Part shown: positions 45,338-54,785 of the stretch, one piece after another
How positions within the stretch are numbered: position 1 is the stretch's first letter
Layout: the number at the start of each line of letters is the position of its first letter
From: Nitrospirota bacterium
GTDB lineage: Bacteria > Nitrospirota > Nitrospiria > Nitrospirales > Nitrospiraceae
Direction of reading: 5' to 3'
Assembly: GCA_963703955.1 (NCBI GenBank)
Contig: CAVPGK010000006.1
Location: 128,001-192,000, forward strand
DNA: 64,000 bases
The notes under the pieces: generated by a model
Databases searched by the model: none
Seen by the model: the letters and a program-made list of their open reading frames with translations, nothing else
What the model was told of the DNA's origin: nothing
Translations under genes and position numbers: made by a program

Positions 45338-45374
45338 TTGCGGGTTGCGGGTTGCGGAGTTGCGGACAGGTGGC
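45338..45374 (+). repeat. island non-coding repeat, module B
   Basis: gggttgcggagttgcggacaggtgg. Confidence 0.65.
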
Positions 45375-45401
45375 TAGTGTCCTAAGGGGGTTGCTGCTTT
45401 G

Positions 45402-45686
45402 TCAGCAGATCCCGGAGGGTCCCGCCTTGCTTTGCCCGCCGCTCCAAACCGAGCACACAGGTATTTGTTCAAGGCATCTGAAAGCTATTGCCGCTCGCGA
45501 ACCACCGGAAGGATAGCACGACGTCATCTTGACCGCCAGATCGACCAGGGCAAACTTCTGCGTACTGACCTCCTCTGAGCCTCCGAGGTCCCTGAGAAGA
45601 TCGGACCGCCATTGATCAAGGGCCTTTCCTAGACTCGTTCTCCGGTCTATCGCTCGCCCACCCAGAGCCCTTACTGCCCGTTTCAT
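45402..45686 (-). pseudogene. truncated phage/satellite-type hypothetical protein
   Basis: IDRRT...DLGGSEEVSTQK pattern recalled from integrative elements; helical character ends after LAVKM. Confidence 0.45.
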
Positions 45687-45932
45687 GGTCTGGTCGCTTT
45701 TGCCCGATGATAGGATTTTGCGGGCTTTCTGTTTGGCACCACGTTGGCACCAACCTCTATAGCATTCACATTTTCAGTCACTTAGAACCTCATAGCTGAC
45801 AGTGAATCAGCGGACTTAGCCGTGTGCCCGATTCCGGTATCCGTCAGTAACGCGATCAGAGGATCAATTTCTTTTCGGAGGGAAGGCGCAATGGGGGACG
45901 AAACTAAAGTGATCATAGAAACGCGGCGGTGG

Positions 45933-46181
45933 TCAGTTTGAGTCCATCCATTTTATCGCCATGGCCAATGCAGCATTATTCGCCTCTGCCTCGGAAGCAA
46001 AAGGCTTAATAGGGTTGCCACAAATCGGTGTTATGGTTTCTATGCCGTCAGTGGATTCCCGAATCTGAGCCGCAGGAATCCAGCCAGCTCCAAGGCTTGG
46101 ATAAGAAACAAGGCGATAAGAAACAGGACGAAATCGACGATTGTTATGAGTGCGCCATTCATGCATTTGAAGAATCTCCAT
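45933..46181 (-). CDS. hypothetical protein
   Basis: Part of a co-oriented three-ORF run. Confidence 0.5.
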   Translation of the reverse strand: MEILQMHEWRTHNNRRFRPVSYRLVSYPSLGAGWIPAAQIRESTDGIETITPICGNPIKPFASEAEANNAALAMAIKWMDSN

Positions 46182-46362
46182 TGTGCCTCGTCTCCGTCAA
46201 CTTCATGGTGGCCTTGGCAGCGGCGACGTGCCGCTGCCATTTATGCTCAGCACAATTTTCGGGCATTGTGACGAACGGGCACATAGCCAAGAGGTCCGAC
46301 AGCGCATCCCGTAGCCGCTGGACTTTCTCGCGTTCATCGCGCAGTAACTCGAATATGCTCAT
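46159..46362 (-). CDS. hypothetical protein, phage-like
   Basis: Co-oriented small ORF with upstream ggagg. Confidence 0.45.
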   Translation of the reverse strand: MSIFELLRDEREKVQRLRDALSDLLAMCPFVTMPENCAEHKWQRHVAAAKATMKLTETRHNGDSSNA

Positions 46363-46433
46363 TCATCGACCTCCCGCCGAGGCAGGCTCTTTGGATCGCC
46401 TGATCTCATCGACCTTCAGTCGCTGGCGGGCCG

Positions 46434-46646
46434 TTAGATCCAGCAGGCTAGTTCGGTCATCCTCACCTGGTACTGACCACAGCCCGTCTGCAGCAACGAG
46501 ACCGTTCTGGATCCGTTCAGTCGATCGATGGCCTGGGACACCTCAGACACGTTCAAACCTGAAAGAGATACCAGCCTCTCCATGCTCTGTGGACCCATTT
46601 CGCGCAAGGTATCGAGAAGTCGTGTCTCGATGGTTGTGGCGCTCAT
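46434..46646 (-). CDS. small winged-helix-like protein
   Basis: RBS ggagg; LLDTL...SMERLVSLSGLNVSEVSQAIDRL. Confidence 0.6.
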   Translation of the reverse strand: MSATTIETRLLDTLREMGPQSMERLVSLSGLNVSEVSQAIDRLNGSRTVSLLQTGCGQYQVRMTELACWI

Positions 46647-46685
46647 GTTTGAACCTCCATTGTGGTTAGTATGAAGGTCTTGTGA

Positions 46686-46701
46686 AGCAACGAGGGTGCC
46701 A
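46686..46701 (-). promoter_or_regulatory. sigma-54 promoter (-24/-12)
   Basis: TGGCACCCTCGTTGCT (GG-N10-GC) 40 bp upstream of the 46646 start. Confidence 0.7.
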
Positions 46702-46947
46702 GCGAGATTGTTCTTATCTTTCAGTCATGAGGAATTGTATGGCGAACCAAATCTGACAAATTTGTTGGTAATCGAACAAGATTGAAAGAACCGCTCCGCC
46801 TGCCTCCAAGGGGACTAACTACTCCTCCCCTCCACCAGGCGAAGCGGGGCGACCGTTTTTGAGGGACCCGATATGATCGATCTGTCGAGCGTGTTTATCG
46901 CATAGAGCGCGTCATGAGGATCGCCGCGTAGGTGGGCCTGGAAGGCG

Positions 46948-47274
46948 CTAGGATGAGCCGGATGCTATCATCCTGTTTGGGTAGGATAAATCATCTTGAG
47001 GTCGTCGAGAGCACCGACGGTCACAAAACTCACAGTATGGTCCCGCTATCATCCTGTTTGGGTAGGATAAGTCATCTTGAGGCAAATGCGTGCACCCGGC
47101 GGGCTGTTTGGACTGCGCGACCTCTTCAACCTTGAAGAGGTATCGCAGATAGGCGCCGGCCGTTCCCAGCCCAAGTCGCTTCGCCCGCGCTTTGATGGCC
47201 TGTTTTTCATCTAACGAGCAGTAGACTCTAATCGTATGAATCCTAAACGAAGTCCTAAACCAAGTCCTAAACAT
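46948..47274 (-). CDS. ribbon-helix-helix (MobC-like) protein; frame runs through the mini-array
   Basis: RBS aaggagg; IRVYCSLDEKQAIKARAKRLGL..GAYLR. Confidence 0.55.
   Translation of the reverse strand: MFRTWFRTSFRIHTIRVYCSLDEKQAIKARAKRLGLGTAGAYLRYLFKVEEVAQSKQPAGCTHLPQDDLSYPNRMIAGPYCEFCDRRCSRRPQDDLSYPNRMIASGSS
46964..47082 (+). CRISPR. orphan CRISPR-like mini-array: two 38-bp repeats, one 43-bp spacer
   Basis: gctatcatcctgtttgggtaggataa(a/g)tcatcttgagg at 46964-47001 and 47045-47082; hairpin atcct/aggat; no cas in window. Confidence 0.6.
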
Positions 47275-47484
47275 AGTGTGACCTCCTTTCGCCCCAACGG
47301 ACTTTCGACTCAGTGTCCCATAACGCTCGCTCGATGACATGCTGTTAAAAGAGGAGTCTTCCGCTTTCGGCATACGTCGTGGTGGTCATGAATCGGCTTG
47401 CTCATCTGGAGCCTGCTCGTCGTGGTGCCGTGGACGAAGCGACGATGGAACAAACCCTAAGGTCGGGGGACAGTCACGGGCGGG

Positions 47485-47660
47485 CGCGGCACACCGCCGC
47501 CTCGCACATGGTGATGCGAGGGCGGACGCTACAGGAGGTCAAGGAAGTCCTGGGGCACAGCGACTATCGTATGACGCTCCGGTACGCGCATCTCTCCCCG
47601 GCGCATTTACGGACCGCCGTGGAAGCCCTGGGTGGACTGACAGATCGCGCAATGAACAAG
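47485..47660 (+). pseudogene. tyrosine integrase C-terminal remnant
   Basis: RHTAASHMV...[18 protein letters not shown]. Confidence 0.85.
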
Positions 47661-47666
47661 GCTCCA

Positions 47667-48359
47667 TCAGATAAGACCCCGATGCTTTGCATACAGGAAT
47701 AGGATGCGGTCAATAAGCGGGAGAGCGACGGCGAGCTCGGCCATCAGGGATGGCATTTTAAGCAGTTCGTTAATATCCTTATCTGGAATATCCGGACCGG
47801 GATCTCCAAGGTGAAGTGCTGAAATAAAGATTTCGTTGACGAAACGGTGATGCGTCTTGAGAGGGTGGTTGCTTCTTTCAAACACACCACATCGATCTGC
47901 TGGCATGCGGGCCAAGGCCCGCCTGACTACACTATCCCTCACATGACCGCTCATATTGTTCCTAAATTGTTTAACAACTTCATGCGCATTCTTGAACTTC
48001 CTCATGCAGTCGTCGAAGAATTTACGTTCGTTTGGAACAGAAATGGCGACCTTGAACTCGCTTTGACCTTGAAGATGCTGCAATGCACTACTGATCTCAA
48101 GAAGTGTTCTTGCAGAATTGCGAAAGAAGTAGTTATGCCGCCACGCCGCCGAGTTGTGGTCAAGATGCTTCATTGGGTTTTTGACAATTCCCTGCATTTC
48201 AATGAACAGATCCTCGCGGAGTAAACAGAGGCGGGCAACTGTAGTCGCAAATTCATCTGGAGGAAACCACCTTTGAAGCGTGACCACGTGCGTTCTTGAT
48301 CTAGCCGGTTGTCGAGGACGAATGGGTCTGTGCATGAATGGCAATTGGGACTGACGCAC
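47667..48359 (-). CDS. hypothetical protein, possible HEPN RNase
   Basis: All-helical character with RNNMSGH (Rx5H). Confidence 0.55.
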   Translation of the reverse strand: MRQSQLPFMHRPIRPRQPARSRTHVVTLQRWFPPDEFATTVARLCLLREDLFIEMQGIVKNPMKHLDHNSAAWRHNYFFRNSARTLLEISSALQHLQGQSEFKVAISVPNERKFFDDCMRKFKNAHEVVKQFRNNMSGHVRDSVVRRALARMPADRCGVFERSNHPLKTHHRFVNEIFISALHLGDPGPDIPDKDINELLKMPSLMAELAVALPLIDRILFLYAKHRGLI

Positions 48360-48488
48360 TACTCGCTATATGTCGGAAGGAGAGTATAGTGCATTTTTGG
48401 ATAGGAACTTGACTCCCTGACACAGAAAATGTCACAAAGGACAGAAACCGCCGGAGCCAAACTTCCAACCCATTGACATCTCTAAGAC

Positions 48489-48581
48489 GGAGAGGTGGCC
48501 GAGTGGCCGAAGGCAACGGTTTGCTAAACCGTCACAGGGCCAAAAGCCTTGTCGCGGGTTCAAATCCCGCCCTCTCCGCCA
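48489..48581 (+). tRNA. tRNA-Ser(GCT)
   Basis: Cloverleaf, loop ttgctaa, long variable arm, CCA end. Confidence 0.95.
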
Positions 48582-48637
48582 TTTTCACCACTTGCGCTAT
48601 GTTTCGTAACCTCGTCTCGTGTGTTTTCATTGGTGCC

Positions 48638-49060
48638 TTAGCTCACTTGTGTTATTAGGGTGTTAGATTCGGACGGCAGTGTCACAGCCAGATACTTTTG
48701 CAACTGCTGTCCTGCCTGTCTTAGATCATGCTGCTTCCAAGTGTTGTAGCGTTCGAAGGATTCAAAGGACTTGTGGCCGCTGATTTTTTTGATGGTCAGC
48801 AAATCCACCCCCGTCCGCCTGAGGTTCGTTACCCCAGTGTGCCGTAAATCATGAAACCACAGATGTGGTAATCCGATCTGCTTTACCGCCTTTTAAAACC
48901 GATCATAAAGTTGCTTGGCGGTGAGGAAATATAGCTCGATTGCCATGCAGTGAACGCACCTTAAAGATGTCCCGTACTTCTTGGATGACATCATCAGGTA
49001 GCAAGCATAAAGGGATATTTAAGTCGGTGTCATTCTTTACCCACGGGGCAGGGATGGTAA
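48638..49060 (-). pseudogene. tyrosine integrase C-terminal remnant
   Basis: Manual translation WFHDLRHTGVTNLRRTGVD...ISGHKS...RYN. Confidence 0.85.
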
Positions 49061-49069
49061 TAAACCCCG

Positions 49070-49212
49070 CCGGGAACGCAGCAAATAGACCGTAATAGGA
49101 CGCGATGATGATCATCAAAGTAGGATAAAAGGCACGATCGCGGTCAAAGCCGACGATGGTGGCTGAAAGGGAAACTGCCAAAGCTAAAAAGGCACCTACA
49201 AAGTATTCCAGA
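49070..49212 (-). pseudogene. N-terminal fragment of a membrane protein
   Basis: GFDRDRAFYPTLMIIIASYYGLFAA, then fused to integrase remnant. Confidence 0.55.
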
Positions 49213-49308
49213 TTCGTTCCTTGGTGTTCTCACGTTGGACGTCACACAACCATAGCGGTGACGCGAAGCGGCTCCGGTGCAGGTCCAGGCTAGCGGACGT
49301 GTCATGCC

Positions 49309-49770
49309 TCATAGCCACCTACGCACCCGACCTGTGTAGGCCACGAACTGCTGCCCAAACAAGGAATTGAGCGCCTTTTCCTCTGGTCCGATTTGGAAGC
49401 GGTTCATGTAGAAGATGAACGCCGGAAGAAAAAGGAAGGCGAGCGCGTTGGACAAGAAAATGGCCCACCCGAGCAAGACCAACAGAAAGCCGAGATACAT
49501 CGGATTGCGTGTCAGCCTATAGATGCCGGACACCACCAAAGAGGAGGTTGAGTCGGGCTTCATGGGGTTGACTGTTGTCCGTGCTCGCCTGAATGAGGCA
49601 ATACCCAACCCGCTTATGACTACGCCGGCGACAGCCACACTCACTGAGAAGAGCTCGTGTGCGGGAAACATGAGCCCAAATGCCGGCATGGCCCACGAGG
49701 CAAGCCACATGAGCGCAGCCATGGAGAGAACAAGAGCGACAGGCGGAACCTTCAATTCAAGCACGTGCAC
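49309..49770 (-). CDS. isoprenylcysteine carboxyl methyltransferase/PEMT family protein
   Basis: TTVNP, GIYRLTRNPMYLG, PEEKAL, VRRWL. Confidence 0.9.
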   Translation of the reverse strand: MHVLELKVPPVALVLSMAALMWLASWAMPAFGLMFPAHELFSVSVAVAGVVISGLGIASFRRARTTVNPMKPDSTSSLVVSGIYRLTRNPMYLGFLLVLLGWAIFLSNALAFLFLPAFIFYMNRFQIGPEEKALNSLFGQQFVAYTGRVRRWL

Positions 49771-50216
49771 GGCGCCTGCTCGGAAAAATCAGGTGAAGGA
49801 GATACGGGAGATGGATAGGCGATGAGACTTGTCGCGCCCCCTTTATCAGATGTCTTCATCCGCACGGTGCGACCGCGCGCCCTCTTCAACGCGTCAATCC
49901 CCAAGTCTGCTGCCGCAGGGGCCATGTCGTTACTCGTCGAGGCTCGGGCGAAGGAGGAAGTCTCTCGCTCCCCGTGGCAGTCATACGATCTTCAGTCCTC
50001 AGTCATGGTGTGTAGCTTGGCATGGCCATCTTGTCTCGCCTCAGCAGAGGCGATTGACCTCGAATCACTACCGATCACGTGAGACGATCCGACCAGACAG
50101 AGAGATCGAACCAAAGGGCTTTTAATCGTCCATGGCGAACATGGAAAGACTCTTGAGCGAGCCAGGCTACTTTCTGTCAGCAGCCCTGTCAACTGATCGT
50201 CAACCCAATATGGAAG

Positions 50217-50827
50217 TCATTGCTTGACGTGACACGCGTGCATCCGGGGTTTCTGTGCGGACTGGTGGTCAACTGCCATGTGCTGAGGGTGGCCCCTTCT
50301 GGTGGGGAAGTGCCGAAGCAAATCGCGCGGATCCTGATAAACTCGGTAGGCACGCGCTCTCTCCAGTTCATCCTGTCCGTATCCTCCTGAGAGTACCCCC
50401 ACGCCGAGCGCTCTCGCCCGTCGCGCAGCCAGCAAGTCCCAGACGCTGTCGCCAACCACGACTGACGCCTCGATGGATACTCCAAGACTTCGGGCGGCAG
50501 CCAGAAACAAGTCAGGGTCAGGTTTCGCGTGGCGGACTGGATCCCGAGTGATGACCGGCGCCTGTGGATCCAGGTCAAGCACCTGCAAGGTCAGTTGGGC
50601 AATCTCCAGGTGACCGCTTGTCGCAATCGCAAGGCATTGACGAAGAAACCTTCACTCATGCCGATCTGCCGGTGGATCCGCCACACCGCGAGTTCGATGC
50701 CGGCTTCCTCCAGAGCCTCTCGCCAGGCTAAGACGTGTTGGTAGACGCTATCGACCAGCGTTCCATCGAGATCGAATAAAAACGCCGAGCCACTCACGTT
50801 GGACTGGCTGCTCACCTCCTTGTCCAT
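50217..50827 (-). pseudogene. HAD family hydrolase, frameshifted and internally deleted
   Basis: FDLDGTLVDS in one frame; KPDPDLF, VGDSVWD in another. Confidence 0.82.
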
Positions 50828-51675
50828 TTCATCGCCTCCTCCAGGCATCAGTGCTGTTGGGTTGTTATCACTCTCATTTTCCGCATCATAGATCATCTGA
50901 GACTTATCGCCAATCCTGTGGGCGGCGCGAGCACGTAGGTTCATGGTTCTTGAAACCTGAGCAATTTTGACCAGACTGCGATCTGTTTCATAGGCATAAT
51001 GCGGCTGACATTTTGGCGCTCGCCTTCGCCGTCAGTCTGAGCAGACAAAGAGGCAACACCATGGCCTGCCGAGTCGCCCGGTCGTCGCAAGGTCACATAC
51101 GCATGGATCTGGTCGACTGCTGTGAGTGTGGCTCAGCGAATCTGGAGGTGTTCTACTCGTCAAGAACCCTCGGGCCGCACCTGTGTCGGATTTGCGTACA
51201 GTCCAAGGTCGAGGGGGGAGTCACGAAGTATGACCAGGACTGCATCGCCGCGACAGTAGGTCGATAGATAGCACGGTGCCGGAGAACGAGGCCGAAGACG
51301 AAAACATTCGACCCGGTGTTGCCATTGCCCACTTGTAGGTGCGTCTTACAGACGACAATAGAACTCCTCGTCATCGGGATCGTGACCACGTTGCTTTTGC
51401 TGTGGCTCATGATTTTTGTCCTCTGGTCGTTCATAGCTGGATATCTCCAGACCATCCCTTTCCCATCCTTTTTTCAGAGGAAAAAGCAGAGTCAAACGGG
51501 CAGGTCGAGGACACTCCACGCCTGAGGCAGAGAGGAGATCACCATGTCACAGCAAGGGAACGATGAGCCGCTCCCTGTTCCTGTCTGTTTTGAGATGCCG
51601 GTATCCGAAATCATTCAATTCTTGCATGAAACGTTCCCATCGGGCTGGCAGATATACGCCGGGGCCACCTTCAAA

Positions 51676-51810
51676 AGGAGACTGGAGCGGATGCTCTCCA
51701 AAGCCTTTTTGTCATTCCAAGAAAAATCTATCGTAGAACACTGTATGTCTCCGTACCCTACCTGTGCCTGACGACCACCTCGCTACCGAAACAAGGGTGC
51801 CACCGGGGCA
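51676..51810 (+). repeat. island non-coding repeat, module A with leader
   Basis: ggagactggagcggatg...acactgtatg...gacgaccacctcgctaccgaaacaagggtgccaccgggg; matches 58693-58860. Confidence 0.85.
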
Positions 51811-51954
51811 GGTGTTATTCCAGTGTTAAGGGTGGATTTGGCGACTGATGGAGATGAATAGAGCTTAATACAGACAAACAAGGCGGGTGCTTAACTTTTT
51901 GATGTTCAAGGGGGAGTCGCTACATTTCAATAACATAACGACTCACCCCTTAAT

Positions 51955-52018
51955 GGTTTGCTAAGCCGTCACAGGGCCAAAAGCCTTGTCGCGGGTTCAA
52001 ATCCCGCCCTCTCCGCCA
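51955..52018 (+). repeat. att site: 3' portion of tRNA-Ser(GCT)
   Basis: One mismatch against 48518-48581. Confidence 0.92.
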
Positions 52019-52080
52019 AAACATCAATCTGCTTGCTGATGAACAGTGGAGCATGACCTCGTGGCCGATCCACCCCCAGA

Positions 52081-52243
52081 GGACGGGATTTGAACAGGGT
52101 TGTGAAGGGGGTGCGCCCCCTTCAGGGAGACCGCGCGAGGGGGACCGCGACGCGAGGAATAACGAGCGTCACGTTTGCGGACGCCGGCGAGTCGGTGAGC
52201 CGGCCGGGTCCTTGACCCCCCTTAGCGGGAGGGCGCGCTGAAA
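52081..52243 (+). repeat. second copy of tRNA-linked palindromic element
   Basis: gggatttgaac...gagtcggtgag.cggccgggtc...gagggcgcgctgaaa shared with 39305-39465. Confidence 0.75.
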
Positions 52244-52929
52244 TCAGCAAGCAGTCTTTCAGCCTCCGGCCGATATCGGTGCGTCCATCCGTAGGGATCG
52301 TTCGGGTGCTCGAGGTGAAGAATCGCTTCAAGTTCCTGTCGAGCACGCTTGAAATCCTTGTTCTTTAGGCAGAGCTTGGCAAGATCTAGCCGCGCTTGCG
52401 CATATGAGGGATCAGCCGTGACCGCTCGCTTCAGATGATCAAGCGCCTTCCGTGAATTCCCTCCCAAAATCCAAGGAAGGCCCTCAAGCATCATCCCCAT
52501 CATGTGATGCGAGGGGGCATGATCCGGTTGCAATTCGAGCGCCCGCCTGATGTGCGTCTTGAGGTCCAGGACGACGCGTGCTGAGGCCGTGATCCCTTGC
52601 AAGTTCGCCGCGTTGCCGGTATTGGCCGCATAGAGAAAATGCGCGATGGCGTTTGCTTCATCTCGGTCGAGTGCCCGCCGGGCGAAGTGTGCTCCCGCTA
52701 AATACGCTGAAATGCGCTGCGAAGGTTCCGTCCAAAGATCGTCCCCCATCTGAAAATAAAGATGAGAAACCTTCACCAGGGTCTGCGGGTTAGTCGAGGT
52801 TTCAGCCCCGGCCTCTTGTAACGCGGCAAGCTCACGATGAAGCGACTGTGGGTAGTCGATGGGCGCCGGTTCGCTCCAGGCAATCGCCTGGACCATCCGC
52901 CATGCCATTACGATCAGGATAATTTTCAT
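52222..52929 (-). CDS. exported tetratricopeptide repeat protein
   Basis: RALELQPDHA, LPWILGG, AVTADPSY. Confidence 0.78.
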   Translation of the reverse strand: MKIILIVMAWRMVQAIAWSEPAPIDYPQSLHRELAALQEAGAETSTNPQTLVKVSHLYFQMGDDLWTEPSQRISAYLAGAHFARRALDRDEANAIAHFLYAANTGNAANLQGITASARVVLDLKTHIRRALELQPDHAPSHHMMGMMLEGLPWILGGNSRKALDHLKRAVTADPSYAQARLDLAKLCLKNKDFKRARQELEAILHLEHPNDPYGWTHRYRPEAERLLADFSAPSR

Positions 52930-53090
52930 GTTTCGCGGACTATGTCATATCTGTCATAATTGCGTCCATCGATGGACTGAACAGTCACTGCCGTCTGTAC
53001 GGTGGAGTGACAACAAGACGAGATTATCCAGCGTCCATTGAAATGATCGGTACGCGCCGGCTCAGGCGAAGCTTGGTATGGAGGTGGGCT

Positions 53091-53450
53091 ATGGGACCGA
53101 CCAAAGCGATCGTCAAGGGTGATGCGGTTTACGAGGCGAAAACGGGCAAGCTTCTCAAGGGGGGATTCTCAGGCCGATCGGAGATGGAGGATTACGCGGC
53201 GCACCATTACATCGTGCTGCCGGAAATCGACAAAGCCGGTAGGCCGTGGGAACTGGATGGGAAGCCGGTGTACTGCCTGCGTGGCTCCCGTTATGAGACA
53301 GTGGACGATCACCAGCCGCATCTGGCTCGCTGTCCGGACTGCGGCGGCATGGGCGTCCGCGTCGATGAGATTACGGTGGAGTCGGACTGCATTCGTTGCA
53401 CTCAATGCGAGCACGAGTTTGATACCCGCTTGCAGATGATGGAAAGTTAA
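53091..53450 (+). CDS. hypothetical protein with zinc-ribbon motifs
   Basis: RBS ggagg; CPDC...CTQC. Confidence 0.72.
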   Translation: MGPTKAIVKGDAVYEAKTGKLLKGGFSGRSEMEDYAAHHYIVLPEIDKAGRPWELDGKPVYCLRGSRYETVDDHQPHLARCPDCGGMGVRVDEITVESDCIRCTQCEHEFDTRLQMMES

Positions 53451-53453
53451 AGA

Positions 53454-53637
53454 CGCAGGGCGGCTGGGCTGACCGCCGGTGCTCGCGCACCGCATGTTTG
53501 CCCTCCCCCTCAGGCGTCATTTATCCACCCGACCAGAGTCCGCCAAGGCAGGCTCTATTCCAGTGGGACGCACTCCTTCGGGAGGAATGTGCCCGGTGAA
53601 CGCGCGCAGGTAGGAGTCAGGCTCCAGCCGCGCTGCG
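53454..53637. repeat. intergenic element bounded by imperfect inverted repeats (MITE or structured RNA)
   Basis: cgcagggcggctgggctgac / gtcaggctccagccgcgctgcg. Confidence 0.5.
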
Positions 53638-53750
53638 GAAAAAGAAGGGACGAGGAGAAGGAAGCAAACATCCAGTTCAGTTTAAGCCTTCCATTGGGTG
53701 AGGCAAATGAGTTATTCTCTCCCTCGAAATGACCTCATCGATGGAGCCGC

Positions 53751-54524
53751 ATGACGAAACAGACCAAGACCAGACTCAGCCGAGGATTGTTTGTTGACCG
53801 CGATGTCGAACGACTGCGTCAGCAGTTGGCTCGCTTCAAGCCCTTTCTTTCCCGTCGAGCGAACGCCGAATCGTTGGCAGAATTCGATCAGGCGACCGAG
53901 CAGTTGCTCAGTGCAATATTCGGCGAAGCTTCGGAAATCGCCGAGGCCTATGAATATGCGAAGGTGGGCGAAGCGGCCAGTCTGGTCAACCTGCCGGAGG
54001 AGGCCCAAGAAAGCGGGACTCAGGATATCGATCGGGAAAGTTTGCAGCAACGGAAGCGGGTCCTGGAAAGCGCTGTGTCCGAACTCGAGACGCATCACGC
54101 GGACAAGGGGAAGACTTCGTATGGCGGTTCGAAACGAGGGCGGGTGCCTCGAGTCGCGGAGTATATGTCCTCCGATGTCCGAAGCATTGCCCTCAACGCC
54201 ACACTCAAGGAAGCCGGTCGTCTGCTGCAAAAGCTGAAGGTGGGGTCGTTGTTGGTGGATGACGACCGGCGCTACATCGGCATCATTACCGATACAGACT
54301 TGAGCCGGAAGGCCGTCGCCCGCGGCCTTAATCCCTCCACGACCACCGTCAAGACCTGCATGAGCAACCCGATCATCTCCATCGAGGACAGTGAGCCGAT
54401 TACAGAAGCAGTCAAGCTCATGAAGGATGAAGGCGTCCGTCACCTCGCCGTCACAGAAGACCGCACCATTATCGGGGTTCTGTCGCTGTCCGACATCCTG
54501 CGTTACTACATGAGTTTGGAATAA
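53751..54524 (+). CDS. CBS domain-containing protein
   Basis: Tandem CBS pair: GIITDTD, RHLAV, GVLSLSD. Confidence 0.88.
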   Translation: MTKQTKTRLSRGLFVDRDVERLRQQLARFKPFLSRRANAESLAEFDQATEQLLSAIFGEASEIAEAYEYAKVGEAASLVNLPEEAQESGTQDIDRESLQQRKRVLESAVSELETHHADKGKTSYGGSKRGRVPRVAEYMSSDVRSIALNATLKEAGRLLQKLKVGSLLVDDDRRYIGIITDTDLSRKAVARGLNPSTTTVKTCMSNPIISIEDSEPITEAVKLMKDEGVRHLAVTEDRTIIGVLSLSDILRYYMSLE

Positions 54525-54560
54525 CCGCTCGCCGGAACGTTCTCACTATCATCATTCCAC

Positions 54561-54599
54561 GCGCCCGTAGCTCAATGGATAGAGCACAGACTACGGATC
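54561..54599 (+). other. 5' half of tRNA-Arg(ACG)
   Basis: gcgcccgtagctcaatggatagagcacagactacggatc, no T arm follows. Confidence 0.85.
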
Positions 54600-54785
54600 A
54601 ACACTAGGGTTACTACTCAATCCGTTTAAGACACGGGTAATCCCCTTCCCTCTCTCGTGGAATAGTCGCACTCAGTGATTAAGCGGACTTTGTCTCTCAC
54701 TGATGGCTGGTAACATGAGTTAAGTCGTTTGCATTAGGTATTTGGTCGCCTGGTTGGCGCCCTTACGCCGCAAGCGCCGCTCCAT

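Larger units (their letters stand above)
48518..52018. mobile_element. island at 3' end of tRNA-Ser(GCT)
   Basis: tRNA 3' 64 bp duplicated at 51955-52018; integrase remnant next to tRNA. Confidence 0.88.

Noticed and set aside
51767..51795. Hammerhead ribozyme (CTGACGA...GAAAC) in repeat module A
   Set aside because: Stem II cannot form and CTGACGA is lost in two of four copies.
54600..54785. Group I intron in tRNA-Arg
   Set aside because: No recognisable core elements; the 3' half is 5 kb away with a duplicated anticodon region, which fits att sites.
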